Source of the DNA: an uncultured archaeon
GTDB lineage: Archaea > Micrarchaeota > Micrarchaeia > Micrarchaeales > CABMGC01
Assembly (NCBI GenBank): GCA_963704435.1
Contig: OY969902.1
Span: 450,001-482,000, forward strand
DNA length: 32,000 nucleotides
Direction: 5' to 3'
Both the position numbers and the translations under genes were made by a program. The notes beneath the pieces are model-generated. The model did not search any database. It was not told the DNA's origin and saw only the letters and a list, made by a program, of their open reading frames with translations. Positions 8,312 to 16,451 of the stretch are shown here, piece by piece; position 1 is the first letter of the stretch; each line of letters starts with the position of its first letter.

Positions 8312-8494
8312 ATGGACTTCAATCCTGTCGCTTCATTGAAGAGCTTCTACACGAACGCAAGGCACATAATCAGCGTGAGCGGCAAGCCGAGCAACGACGA
8401 GTTCATGAGGACGCTCAAGGTTGTGCTGCTCGGCGCGCTAGCCCTCGGTATCTTCGGGTTCGCGATATCCCTCATTGTAGGCCTGATTGTTTAG
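8312..8494 (+). CDS. secE: Protein translocase subunit SecE / Sec61-gamma
   Basis: A 60-aa tail-anchored protein: SFYTNARHIISVSGKPSNDEFMRTLKVVLLGALALGIFGFAISLIVGLIV. It follows ftsZ, which is conserved archaeal gene order. CATTTAAGAT at 8281-8290 is centred about 27 nt upstream of the start. Confidence 0.75.
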   Translation: MDFNPVASLKSFYTNARHIISVSGKPSNDEFMRTLKVVLLGALALGIFGFAISLIVGLIV

Positions 8495-8495
8495 C

Positions 8496-9293
8496 ATGGA
8501 GGCCGACATCGACTACACGAAGTCCGCGCAGGAGAACGCACAGCGCTATTTCGAGAGGTCGAAGGAGGCGAAGAGGAAGCTTGAGGGGGCGGAGCGGGCG
8601 ATCAAGAGGCTCGACGGGGAGGTGCAGTCCCTCGAGAAGTCGAAAATCCTTGATAAGAAGATCAGGAAGGTAGTGGAACGCGAGTGGTACGAGAAGTTCT
8701 ACTGGTTCTTCACCAGCGGAGGGACGCTCGCGACAGGGGGCAGGAGCGCGCAGCAGAACGAGGAGCTGGCGTCCAAGCATCTGGGCGCGGGCGACCTGTT
8801 CTTCCACGCAAACATCTTCGGCGCGTCCGCAGTCGTGCTGAAGGACGGGAAGGCGGCGGGCGACGAGGTCAAGGAGGAGGCTGCGCAGTTCGCCGCATGC
8901 TTCTCGAAGGCTTGGGAGAGCGGCCAGTCCTCTGTGGACGTCTTCGCGGTGGGAAAGGAGCAGCTCTCCAAGTCGAGCAGGGCGGGATACCTCGGCACGG
9001 GCAGCTTCCTCATGTCAGGGGAGAGGGAGTGGTTCAAGAACGTCAAGCTAGAGCTACTCGCGCTGCTTCTGGAAATGAAGGAGCCGCGGGAGAGCAAGCC
9101 GCAAACAAGATTCTGCGTCGTCCCATACCTGACCTATTCCAAAATGCAGGGCGCAAAGGGAATCCGGCTAACCCCTGGCAAGACCAAGAAGTCGGAGGCC
9201 GCAGGCAAGCTATCGCGTCTGCTCAGCTACGAGGATATAGATTACATAATGCAGCATCTTCCGCCGGGGGAGTTCCACCTAGAGAGCCTCTGA
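8496..9293 (+). CDS. NFACT-R (DUF814) protein, corresponding to the C-terminal half of FbpA/RqcH-type ribosome quality-control factors
   Basis: Motifs: DYTKSAQENAQRYFERSKEAKRKLEGAERAI (coiled-coil middle region) and WYEKFYWFFTSGGTLATGGRSAQQNEELASKHLGAGDLFFHANIFGASAVVLK (DUF814 core). The ATG lies 1 nt after the secE stop. No NFACT-N domain is present. Confidence 0.7.
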   Translation: MEADIDYTKSAQENAQRYFERSKEAKRKLEGAERAIKRLDGEVQSLEKSKILDKKIRKVVEREWYEKFYWFFTSGGTLATGGRSAQQNEELASKHLGAGDLFFHANIFGASAVVLKDGKAAGDEVKEEAAQFAACFSKAWESGQSSVDVFAVGKEQLSKSSRAGYLGTGSFLMSGEREWFKNVKLELLALLLEMKEPRESKPQTRFCVVPYLTYSKMQGAKGIRLTPGKTKKSEAAGKLSRLLSYEDIDYIMQHLPPGEFHLESL

Positions 9294-9302
9294 AGGCCTC
9301 GC

Positions 9303-9818
9303 TCATTCTCCCGCTCTCTTTACCGACGCCTTTATCTGCTCCAGCGCCTTGTCCTTCCCCTCCCATCCGCTGACCTCGGCCCATTTCCCTGGCTCAATGC
9401 TCTTGTAGTAGGAGAAGAAATGCGCAATCATGCTTCTCGTGGCCTCAGGCAGCTGTGAGATGTCGTCAATGTCCTTGAAGGCCGCGTCGACCTTCGCCTT
9501 CGGGACGGCCATTATCTTGGTGTCTATGCCTTCCTCGTCCTTCATCAGCAGGAGGCCTATCGGCCTCACCGCTACGAAGCTTCCCGTCGCGAAAGGCGCG
9601 CTGCTGATGACCATCACGTCGAGCGGGTCGCCGTCCTCGCCCTTCGTGCCGGCGATGAATCCATAGTTGTGTGGGTAGAACATCGCCGTGTGCAGGACTC
9701 GGTCCACTTTCATGATGCCCGAAGCCTCGTCGAGCTCGTATTTTATGTTGCTTCCCTTAGGTATCTCTATGAAAGCGTTCACTTCTGCAGGCGCGTCCTT
9801 TCCAATTTTGAGTTTCAT
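9303..9818 (-). CDS. ppa: Inorganic pyrophosphatase, family I
   Basis: Motifs: NAFIEIPKGSNIKYELD, YPHNYGFI and GEDGDPLDVMVIS...PIGLLLMKDEEGIDTKIMAVP. Confidence 0.95.
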   Translation of the reverse strand: MKLKIGKDAPAEVNAFIEIPKGSNIKYELDEASGIMKVDRVLHTAMFYPHNYGFIAGTKGEDGDPLDVMVISSAPFATGSFVAVRPIGLLLMKDEEGIDTKIMAVPKAKVDAAFKDIDDISQLPEATRSMIAHFFSYYKSIEPGKWAEVSGWEGKDKALEQIKASVKRAGE

Positions 9819-9885
9819 CCTCTCACCGCGATAGGATATTGTGCGTGGGATTTAATAGCGCTTTTCCTGGCGCTTGAGAGCGGGC

Positions 9886-11481
9886 TCACCTGCTGGATTT
9901 CGGCCGGAATAGCGACGCGTACGCTATCAGCAGCCGGAGGGGCTTCCCGAATATCTCTATGTTCCTGCTTATCTTTGTCAGCAGCGCCAGCTCCTTCTTC
10001 TTCACGGCGCCCGTCAGGATCAGGAGCGGCGGATACAGCGCCAGCACGGCAACGACCCCTATTATGAGCTGCACGGTCTGCACTCTCGAGCTTATGACAA
10101 TCAGGTTTATGGGAAGGAGGAGCGCGGTAAGCAGCGCGCTGGCGAGCACGATCCTCAGGCTTCCGCCGAGCTTCGTGTCGATTCCCATCTCCTTCTTAAG
10201 GTATCTCGCGAAGAGGTAGTTGTTGGCCATGCTGCCCACGAAGTACAGCCCGATTATCACTCCATATACTCCTATGAACGGAACGAGCGCCAGCATGAGC
10301 AGGAACTCTGCCGCCACGATTAGCATCCAGTATTTGAAGATCTTGCCTATCTTTCCCTCGCTTATCGCGAGCGACGACGCGGAGCCCCCGACTATTCCCA
10401 ACATCAGGCATATGCTCAGCGCGGGTATGTAAACCGTCGCTGCCTGATAGGAGGGGAAGATCGATGACACGAACGCGCCCGGGAAGGCCAGAAGGAACGC
10501 TGCCATCGGGGCCGTTATCAGCACGCTGAAGTATATGGAATAGTTGTAGAGCTTTCCCAGGCCGCTCCTGGCCTTCCTGCCCGCCATGGCGCTCGAGAAC
10601 ATCTGGATCAGCACGGTGCCGACAAAACCCAGCATGACGCTTATTCCGGAGCCTATCCTGAACGCCACGCCGAACGTGCCCACTACTGCCGGCGTGGAGA
10701 ATATTCCGAGAAGAAGCACCGAGAAGCTACTGACTAACCCGCTGGATATGCCCACGACCGTCAAGGGAATGGAGAAGTCAAGCATGCCCCTTATCCTTTT
10801 CGTTATTCCAGCTGGGTCGAAACTGACCCCTACGCGCTTCAGTATGAGAGCGTATCCAGTAATCATCCCCACGACCGGGCCGATTGTCATCGCGGCAATC
10901 GCGCCGAATACGCCGTAGCCCAGATATATGAGGCCCAGGGTCGCGCCCGCGAGCAGCAGGTTATATGCGATGAACATCATCGCCGCGCCCTTTCCGCTCC
11001 TCAGGGCGATCAGCATCGAGTATTCCAGATTCAACAGCGCTGAGAAGACCACGCTCAGCAGCGCGAGGTCCACGAGGTCGGTATACTTCGCATTGTGGAA
11101 TACGTAGCTCGAGACTGCAGGTCCGAAAGCGAATCCTACCAGCATGGCGACAAGGCTGCACGCGGCTACCAAGAAGAGGCTGTCCCCGATTATCTCCTTA
11201 AGGCCCTTGCTGTCGCCCGCGACAAGCAACTCGGGAATGCGCTTGTGGAGATAGGACCCGATGCTTATCCCGCTCAGCGCGAGGAACAGCGCGGCGACGC
11301 CGAAGCCCAGCGTGTACAGCCCGTAGTCGCTGGGGCCCAGCAGCCTCGCCACCGCAATCAGCGTCAGCGAGTTTATCACTATGGCCGCGGCCTGGGCTAT
11401 GGAGACGAAGGACGCGATGTTCGCGCTCTTTATCCCCAGCTCAAGCGCGCTTTCCTCAATCTCCTCCGCCATGCCGCTCAC
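9886..11481 (-). CDS. MOP-superfamily polysaccharide/oligosaccharide flippase (Wzx/RfbX-like), paralog B
   Basis: About 14 predicted TM segments, with the N-terminal pattern LTLIAVARLLGPSDYGLYTLGF shared with the upstream paralog. The GTG at 11481 overlaps the upstream stop. An alternative ATG lies at 11472. Confidence 0.75.
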   Translation of the reverse strand: MSGMAEEIEESALELGIKSANIASFVSIAQAAAIVINSLTLIAVARLLGPSDYGLYTLGFGVAALFLALSGISIGSYLHKRIPELLVAGDSKGLKEIIGDSLFLVAACSLVAMLVGFAFGPAVSSYVFHNAKYTDLVDLALLSVVFSALLNLEYSMLIALRSGKGAAMMFIAYNLLLAGATLGLIYLGYGVFGAIAAMTIGPVVGMITGYALILKRVGVSFDPAGITKRIRGMLDFSIPLTVVGISSGLVSSFSVLLLGIFSTPAVVGTFGVAFRIGSGISVMLGFVGTVLIQMFSSAMAGRKARSGLGKLYNYSIYFSVLITAPMAAFLLAFPGAFVSSIFPSYQAATVYIPALSICLMLGIVGGSASSLAISEGKIGKIFKYWMLIVAAEFLLMLALVPFIGVYGVIIGLYFVGSMANNYLFARYLKKEMGIDTKLGGSLRIVLASALLTALLLPINLIVISSRVQTVQLIIGVVAVLALYPPLLILTGAVKKKELALLTKISRNIEIFGKPLRLLIAYASLFRPKSSR

Positions 11482-13058
11482 TGCAAAATATGTATCATTG
11501 CCTTAAGATAGCCCATCATCGGGGACATCGCCCTGTCGAGCGATGGGAGCTCCTTCGTGGCCTTCTCGAGCGTGGCGAGGTCGTCCCGGTCCAAGGCGCG
11601 GAACAGCGCGAGCAGAGGCGGGTAGAGCGCCGCCATCACGATGATCCCGTACGCCAGCTCAAGCACGAGGCTGCCTATCAGCAGCCCGAGCGCCAGCGCC
11701 AGCGCCAGGACGGCGTTGCACGCGAATGTGCGCAATAGCTTTCCGTACCTTATCCTGATGCCGAGCCTGACGCGCGACCCGCGGATAAGCAGCCAGTCGG
11801 TCGCGATGCTGCCTATGAAGAACACCGCCACTATGCTGCCCGGCGCGCCCCATAGGGGCGTAAGTATCAGCAGTGCGGCGACCTGCACGCACGTCGAGAC
11901 GAGCATGTAGCGCAGCAGCTCGGAGGTCTTTTCCATGGCCGCGAAGAGGTTCGCGGCATATATCCCCACGAGGCCCAAGACCGTGCCGAGGGCCATAAGC
12001 GCAAGGTAGAGCGGCGCCGTGGTGAACGCGCGCGATATGAACAGGTAGATCAGCGGCCTCGCGAACACGCCGAGGTAAGCGATGACAGGCACGGTGACCA
12101 CGACGGAGTAGAGCAGCGCCTTCTCGTAGACCCTGCCCACGGCTCCGCGCTTGCCCGCCTTGGCGCGCCTCGCCATCGCTATCGAGAGCAGTGGAAGGAA
12201 CATCACGGCTGCGGTCGAGTAGAAGAGCGCGATAGCGTTCCTGGCGGAGTTGGCCATGTTGTAGTTGCCGAGCACTCCGGTCGACACGAAGATCCCGAGG
12301 AACAGCGTGCCGAATCCGAACACTATGCTGGACAGCGTGTTCACCGCGGCCATGGGCAGGGAGAACCCGAAGCCGTCCGCGAACTCCTTCCTGCTCGGAA
12401 TCCTGAGCCTCAGTCGCACCAGCCTGGAAGACGCCCAGAACACGAGTATCGTCCCTGCGACTCCTGCGACCGCATAGCTTATGAACAGGCCAGCGACCGC
12501 GCCGCTTGCGCCGAAGCCCATGCGTATAAGGATCACGCTCGCGACTATGAGCACGACGTTCTCGCATATCTCGATCGAGACCGCGATCGCATTCCTGCCG
12601 ATGCCGATCAGCGCGTAGTCGGAGGTGCCGTAGAGCATCGAGAACACGACGGTGAGCGACGCGAGGACGAAGAGCATGGGGGTCGCGCCCGAGCCGTGGA
12701 ACAGCGCCGCCGCGTATCCGCTCACCGCGATCCCTATGAGCGTCAGCGCGATGCCTATCAGGGCCACCGAGATGTAGCTCGAGACGAGCGCGCCCGAGAA
12801 GCCCTCGCCGTCCTTCGCATCCCCGTACGCGGACAGGCGCTTCGTCAGGTAGAATCCGAAGCCGAAGTTATTCGTCGCGCTGATGAGGTAGAAGAACGCG
12901 TAGGCCAGCGCGTAGAGCCCATACTCGCTCGGCCCGAGCAGCCTCGCCATTACCACCAGCGCCGCCAGCGCCGTCGCCAGGCTGAATATCCTGCCCAGCG
13001 TGAGCGCCGAGAACGTCCTTGCGCTCCGCCTTCCGAGAGTTTCCCTATCCTCAGGCAT
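11478..13058 (-). CDS. MOP-superfamily polysaccharide/oligosaccharide flippase (Wzx/RfbX-like), paralog A
   Basis: Polytopic membrane protein with LAALVVMARLLGPSEYGLYALAYAFF and a basic N-terminus. It sits in tandem with paralog B. Confidence 0.75.
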   Translation of the reverse strand: MPEDRETLGRRSARTFSALTLGRIFSLATALAALVVMARLLGPSEYGLYALAYAFFYLISATNNFGFGFYLTKRLSAYGDAKDGEGFSGALVSSYISVALIGIALTLIGIAVSGYAAALFHGSGATPMLFVLASLTVVFSMLYGTSDYALIGIGRNAIAVSIEICENVVLIVASVILIRMGFGASGAVAGLFISYAVAGVAGTILVFWASSRLVRLRLRIPSRKEFADGFGFSLPMAAVNTLSSIVFGFGTLFLGIFVSTGVLGNYNMANSARNAIALFYSTAAVMFLPLLSIAMARRAKAGKRGAVGRVYEKALLYSVVVTVPVIAYLGVFARPLIYLFISRAFTTAPLYLALMALGTVLGLVGIYAANLFAAMEKTSELLRYMLVSTCVQVAALLILTPLWGAPGSIVAVFFIGSIATDWLLIRGSRVRLGIRIRYGKLLRTFACNAVLALALALGLLIGSLVLELAYGIIVMAALYPPLLALFRALDRDDLATLEKATKELPSLDRAMSPMMGYLKAMIHILQ

Positions 13059-13081
13059 ACGAAAGGCTTTCTCCTAAAAAG

Positions 13082-13093
13082 CTTAATAATATG
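13082..13093. promoter_or_regulatory. Shared AT-rich box in the 62-bp divergent spacer between flippase A and the 742-aa membrane protein
   Basis: CTTAATAATATG is centred about 27-33 nt from both start codons (ATG at 13058 on the minus strand, GTG at 13121 on the plus strand). This fits back-to-back, near-leaderless promoters. Confidence 0.4.
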
Positions 13094-13120
13094 TTTTGGT
13101 ATTGATTCTAGGGTTTTCCG

Positions 13121-15349
13121 GTGCTTACGATCAACAGAAAGCTGGCCAAGGAGTACGCGCTTGTCGCGCTGGCGTTCCTACTCGTGTCGCTTGTCTTCTT
13201 CTGGCCGCTGCTGGGCGGGATAACGCACGTGGTGCCGGGCACAGGGGGCGACACGTTCCAGAGCATGTGGAACCTCTGGTGGGTCCCGTACTCGCTGTTC
13301 ACGCTCGGAGCGTCGCCGTACATGACCCATCTGGTGTTCTATCCGGTTGGCGCAAACCTGGCCACGCAGACGATGGCCCCGATCGCCGGAATAGTCAGCC
13401 TGCTGTTCCAGTGGGTCAGCCTGGCGTTCTCGCTCAACATGATCTTCCTGATAGGGTTCGTGCTGTCCGGGCTCTTCATGTACATGCTCGCATTCCACAT
13501 CACCAAGAACCGGATAGCATCTTTCCTTGCTGGGTTCATCTTCGCGTTCAGCCCAATGCACACCATACAGTCGTTCGGCCACCTGCAGTTCATGAACATC
13601 GGGTTCATACCGCTCTTCCTGCTCTTCTTCATCAAGATGTTCGAGGAGCACAAGCACAGCGATGCGATACTCGCGGGAATCTCGTTCGTGCTGCTGGCCT
13701 TCATGGGGGACATAGAGCAGGCGCTCATGACGATGGTCATCGTGTTCCTGCTGCTCGTCTACCTGCTGCTGACCAAGAGCAACAGGCCAAAGGTCCTGAA
13801 CAGGAAGTTCGCGCTCGTGTTCGCGGAGATGGCGGTCGTAGCGGCCGCGCTCGGATCCCCTGCGATAATCGCGATAGCTGGCTCCCTCAATGCGGGCACG
13901 CTCAGCACGGCAAATGCGCAGGCTACGCTCGGATACAACATGCTCTACAGCCCTGACCTGCTATCTTTCTTCATACCCAGCTCGATGAACGGCATACTGA
14001 GCTTCGCGTCATCGCCCTTCTCGGCGATAAACGCGCCGGCGGTCGCAGAGCGCACGACGTATGTCGGATATACCGTGATCCTGCTCGCGCTGATCGGCAT
14101 CTGGGTATCGTTCAAGGAGAAGTTCAGGCACTACACCGGTGCGATAATATTCGCCCTGGTCGTGCTTGCGCTGCTTTCTATTGGCCCCTACCTCCAGGTG
14201 AACGGGTCAGTGACGCAGGTGCCCGGCCTTTACCTGGCCTACCACCAGATCCCTCTGTTCAACGTGCTCAGGGAGCCAGGGAGGTTCGACATGGCTGTCG
14301 AGCTGTTCCTCGCTCTTCTCGCCGCCATCGGTTTCGCGGAGGTCGAGAAGAAGCTCGCCGGAGCTAAGCCGGGCGGGCGCGACATGAGGCTGGTGATCGC
14401 GGTGGTGTTCCTCGCGCTCCTGGTCGTCGAGTACAACCCGCTGCCGATCAGCACCGTGGCGCTGAACGGGATGTATTCCAACGCTCTGATCCCGAGCGCA
14501 TATCCTGAGCTCGCGCAGGTACCGGGCAACTTCTCGGTGATGGTGCTGCCCGCGCTCGCCAACCAAGCGAACGCCACTCCGGAGCTGTATCCTGGCCTGG
14601 CGCTCTACTACCAGACCGCATTCAAGAAGGCGCTCGTCGGGGGCTACACGACTAGGTCAAACGTCTCGCAGGAGTTCTCGCTGGTGAACGTCCCGCTCGC
14701 GGACGCTGCGGCGTACCTGAACGAGGGACAGGGCCTGATATACGGCTCCCCCATAATCGAGAACTACACGAACGTGACGCTGCTCATGCTGTACGCCTAC
14801 AACGTCGAATTCATATCGGTGATCAGGCAGGCATACAACGTGAGCCAGACGCAGGAGCTCGCCAGCTACCTCGCAAACGTCTTCGGGTACCCTGTGTACC
14901 AGAGCAACTCGACGCTGGTCTTCTCCACATCCAACGCGATCGGGCGCTCAGTGGGAAAGAGCATCGTCGCGTACACCCCTTCGCTGATGGGAAGCCAGTA
15001 CAGCGTGTGGCAGCCCGGATGGGTGCTGTGCGGCACCACGCCTTGCACCGCCGCAGTAGCTGACACGTGGTTCGCCATAGATCCGGCGTACATAAACATC
15101 TATTCGCCGAAGCAGACGGTGATTGCCATGAACATGCGCATGATGTCGCCGACGGGCCCGAAGACGGAGTACGTCTATCTCAACAACCAGCTGATCTACG
15201 CGCTCAACCTGACGCAGACGCTGAACAACTACACGCTCAACCTGTCGGCGAGCTCTGGGCTCAACCAGCTCATACTCTACTCGCAGGGGGGCAATGCGAC
15301 CGCGTACTCGAACATCGGAGTGCAGAACGTGACCTTCGTGGCGCGCTGA
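13121..15349 (+). CDS. Large polytopic membrane protein with a sequon-rich extracytoplasmic C-terminal domain; possible GT-C-fold glycosyltransferase
   Basis: GTG start. The N-terminal ~360 aa is multi-TM, with an acidic first loop (GTGGDTFQSMWNLWW). The C-terminal ~380 aa is soluble and carries 13 N-x-S/T sequons. No WWDxG motif is present, so it is not AglB/STT3. Confidence 0.45.
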   Translation: MLTINRKLAKEYALVALAFLLVSLVFFWPLLGGITHVVPGTGGDTFQSMWNLWWVPYSLFTLGASPYMTHLVFYPVGANLATQTMAPIAGIVSLLFQWVSLAFSLNMIFLIGFVLSGLFMYMLAFHITKNRIASFLAGFIFAFSPMHTIQSFGHLQFMNIGFIPLFLLFFIKMFEEHKHSDAILAGISFVLLAFMGDIEQALMTMVIVFLLLVYLLLTKSNRPKVLNRKFALVFAEMAVVAAALGSPAIIAIAGSLNAGTLSTANAQATLGYNMLYSPDLLSFFIPSSMNGILSFASSPFSAINAPAVAERTTYVGYTVILLALIGIWVSFKEKFRHYTGAIIFALVVLALLSIGPYLQVNGSVTQVPGLYLAYHQIPLFNVLREPGRFDMAVELFLALLAAIGFAEVEKKLAGAKPGGRDMRLVIAVVFLALLVVEYNPLPISTVALNGMYSNALIPSAYPELAQVPGNFSVMVLPALANQANATPELYPGLALYYQTAFKKALVGGYTTRSNVSQEFSLVNVPLADAAAYLNEGQGLIYGSPIIENYTNVTLLMLYAYNVEFISVIRQAYNVSQTQELASYLANVFGYPVYQSNSTLVFSTSNAIGRSVGKSIVAYTPSLMGSQYSVWQPGWVLCGTTPCTAAVADTWFAIDPAYINIYSPKQTVIAMNMRMMSPTGPKTEYVYLNNQLIYALNLTQTLNNYTLNLSASSGLNQLILYSQGGNATAYSNIGVQNVTFVAR

Positions 15350-15469
15350 CCGCGCCGCGATGCGCGCGGCATACAGGGATTTACAAGAATCCGCACATAA
15401 CGCTTAAATAATTATATGTTCACCTTCCTTATCGTTGCACTGGTTCGGGATATCGGTGCGGTGATAGGT

Positions 15470-15709
15470 ATGGAGGGTGGGAATTTGCTAGAGGGTGAGA
15501 TGTACGACCTCAACATCAAGGCCAAGAACATGAGAGGCGAAGGGATAGGGAAGGTGAACGACACCATAGTCTTCGTGAAGAACGCGAAGACCAGGATGGG
15601 CAAGATATACCGGGTCAAGATAACCAAGGTGTACCGGACGTTCGCTTATGCCGAAACGTCGGATGACAGCAAGTATTTTATAGGTAATGGTAGTTTAATA
15701 ATCGGATAG
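15470..15709 (+). CDS. Stand-alone TRAM domain protein
   Basis: The sequence EGEMYDLNIKAKNMRGEGIGKVNDTIVFVKNAKTRMGKIYRVKITKVYRTFAYAE matches the TRAM beta-barrel pattern. ORF 15416 is trimmed to the ATG at 15470, which is preceded by GGTGAT (SD-like). The TATA-like TTAAATAATTATAT overlaps the ATG at 15416. Confidence 0.7.
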   Translation: MEGGNLLEGEMYDLNIKAKNMRGEGIGKVNDTIVFVKNAKTRMGKIYRVKITKVYRTFAYAETSDDSKYFIGNGSLIIG

Positions 15710-15710
15710 G

Positions 15711-15726
15711 CTTTTTTTCTTTTCTT
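15711..15726 (+). terminator. Oligo-T tract after the TRAM gene
   Basis: CTTTTTTTCTTTTCTT begins 2 nt after the TAG stop. Archaeal intrinsic termination uses T-runs. Confidence 0.5.
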
Positions 15727-15753
15727 AATTTAGTCTTTTTATCTGGTGAAGCC

Positions 15754-16386
15754 ATGGACAAGAAGGAAATTTCAGCAGCCATTAGGAAGGGCACGACCAC
15801 CGTCGGGATCGTCTGCGGGGACGGAGTGGTCATGGGCGCCGACAGCAGGGCGACGGCGGACACGTTCATAGCGAGCTCCGAGGCCATAAAGGTCTACAAA
15901 ATAGACGACGGCCTGGGCGTCACGATAGCCGGCGTCGTAGGGGACGCGGCGTACCTGGTCAAGTTCCTGAAGGTGCAGAACGAGTTCTACAAGATGAACG
16001 AGGGAAAGCCGCTGTCTCCGGCCGCGGCCGCGTCGCTGCTCTCGCTGCTGCTGCAGGAGAACAAGTTCGCGCCGTACATAGTGCAGCTCATAGTCGGCGG
16101 AGTCAACAAGGCCCCGGAGCTCTACACGATAGACCCGTACGGCGGGTCCATAAAGGAGACGAAGTTCACCTCCACCGGGAGCGGCTCCCTCACGGCGCTC
16201 GGCTACCTGGAGAGCATCTACGTGCCGTCGCTAAGCACGCAGGAAGCCGCGAAGCACACGGCCAAGGCGCTCAGCATAGCGATGAAGAGGGACTCGGCGA
16301 CGGGGGACAGCATGAAGCTCATAGCGATAACGAAGAAAGGCTTCAAGGAATATTCAAAGGAGGAAATAGACAAGCTGCTGAAGTGA
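15754..16386 (+). CDS. psmB: Proteasome beta subunit
   Basis: A short propeptide is followed by the active-site Thr: IRKG/TTTVGIVCGDGVVMGADSRAT. Also present: GSGS...ALG. An SD-like GGTGA precedes the ATG. Confidence 0.95.
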   Translation: MDKKEISAAIRKGTTTVGIVCGDGVVMGADSRATADTFIASSEAIKVYKIDDGLGVTIAGVVGDAAYLVKFLKVQNEFYKMNEGKPLSPAAAASLLSLLLQENKFAPYIVQLIVGGVNKAPELYTIDPYGGSIKETKFTSTGSGSLTALGYLESIYVPSLSTQEAAKHTAKALSIAMKRDSATGDSMKLIAITKKGFKEYSKEEIDKLLK

Positions 16387-16451
16387 CTGCTGCATAGGTG
16401 CAGCGCGCGTTTCGACTACCACGCAGTGGAAACGAAATTGCGATTTTTTGA

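Noticed and set aside
11659-13956. Arg/Gly/His-rich alternative-frame ORFs of 302 aa (minus), 175 aa and 286 aa (plus), and 159 aa (minus) over the flippase and membrane-protein genes
   Set aside because: They overlap coherent polytopic membrane proteins in other frames. Their composition is typical of off-frame translation of GC-rich hydrophobic genes.
13121-15349. Calling the 742-aa membrane protein the oligosaccharyltransferase AglB
   Set aside because: No WWDxG or DK/MI-type motif is present in the C-terminal domain. Only generic GT-C-like features remain.
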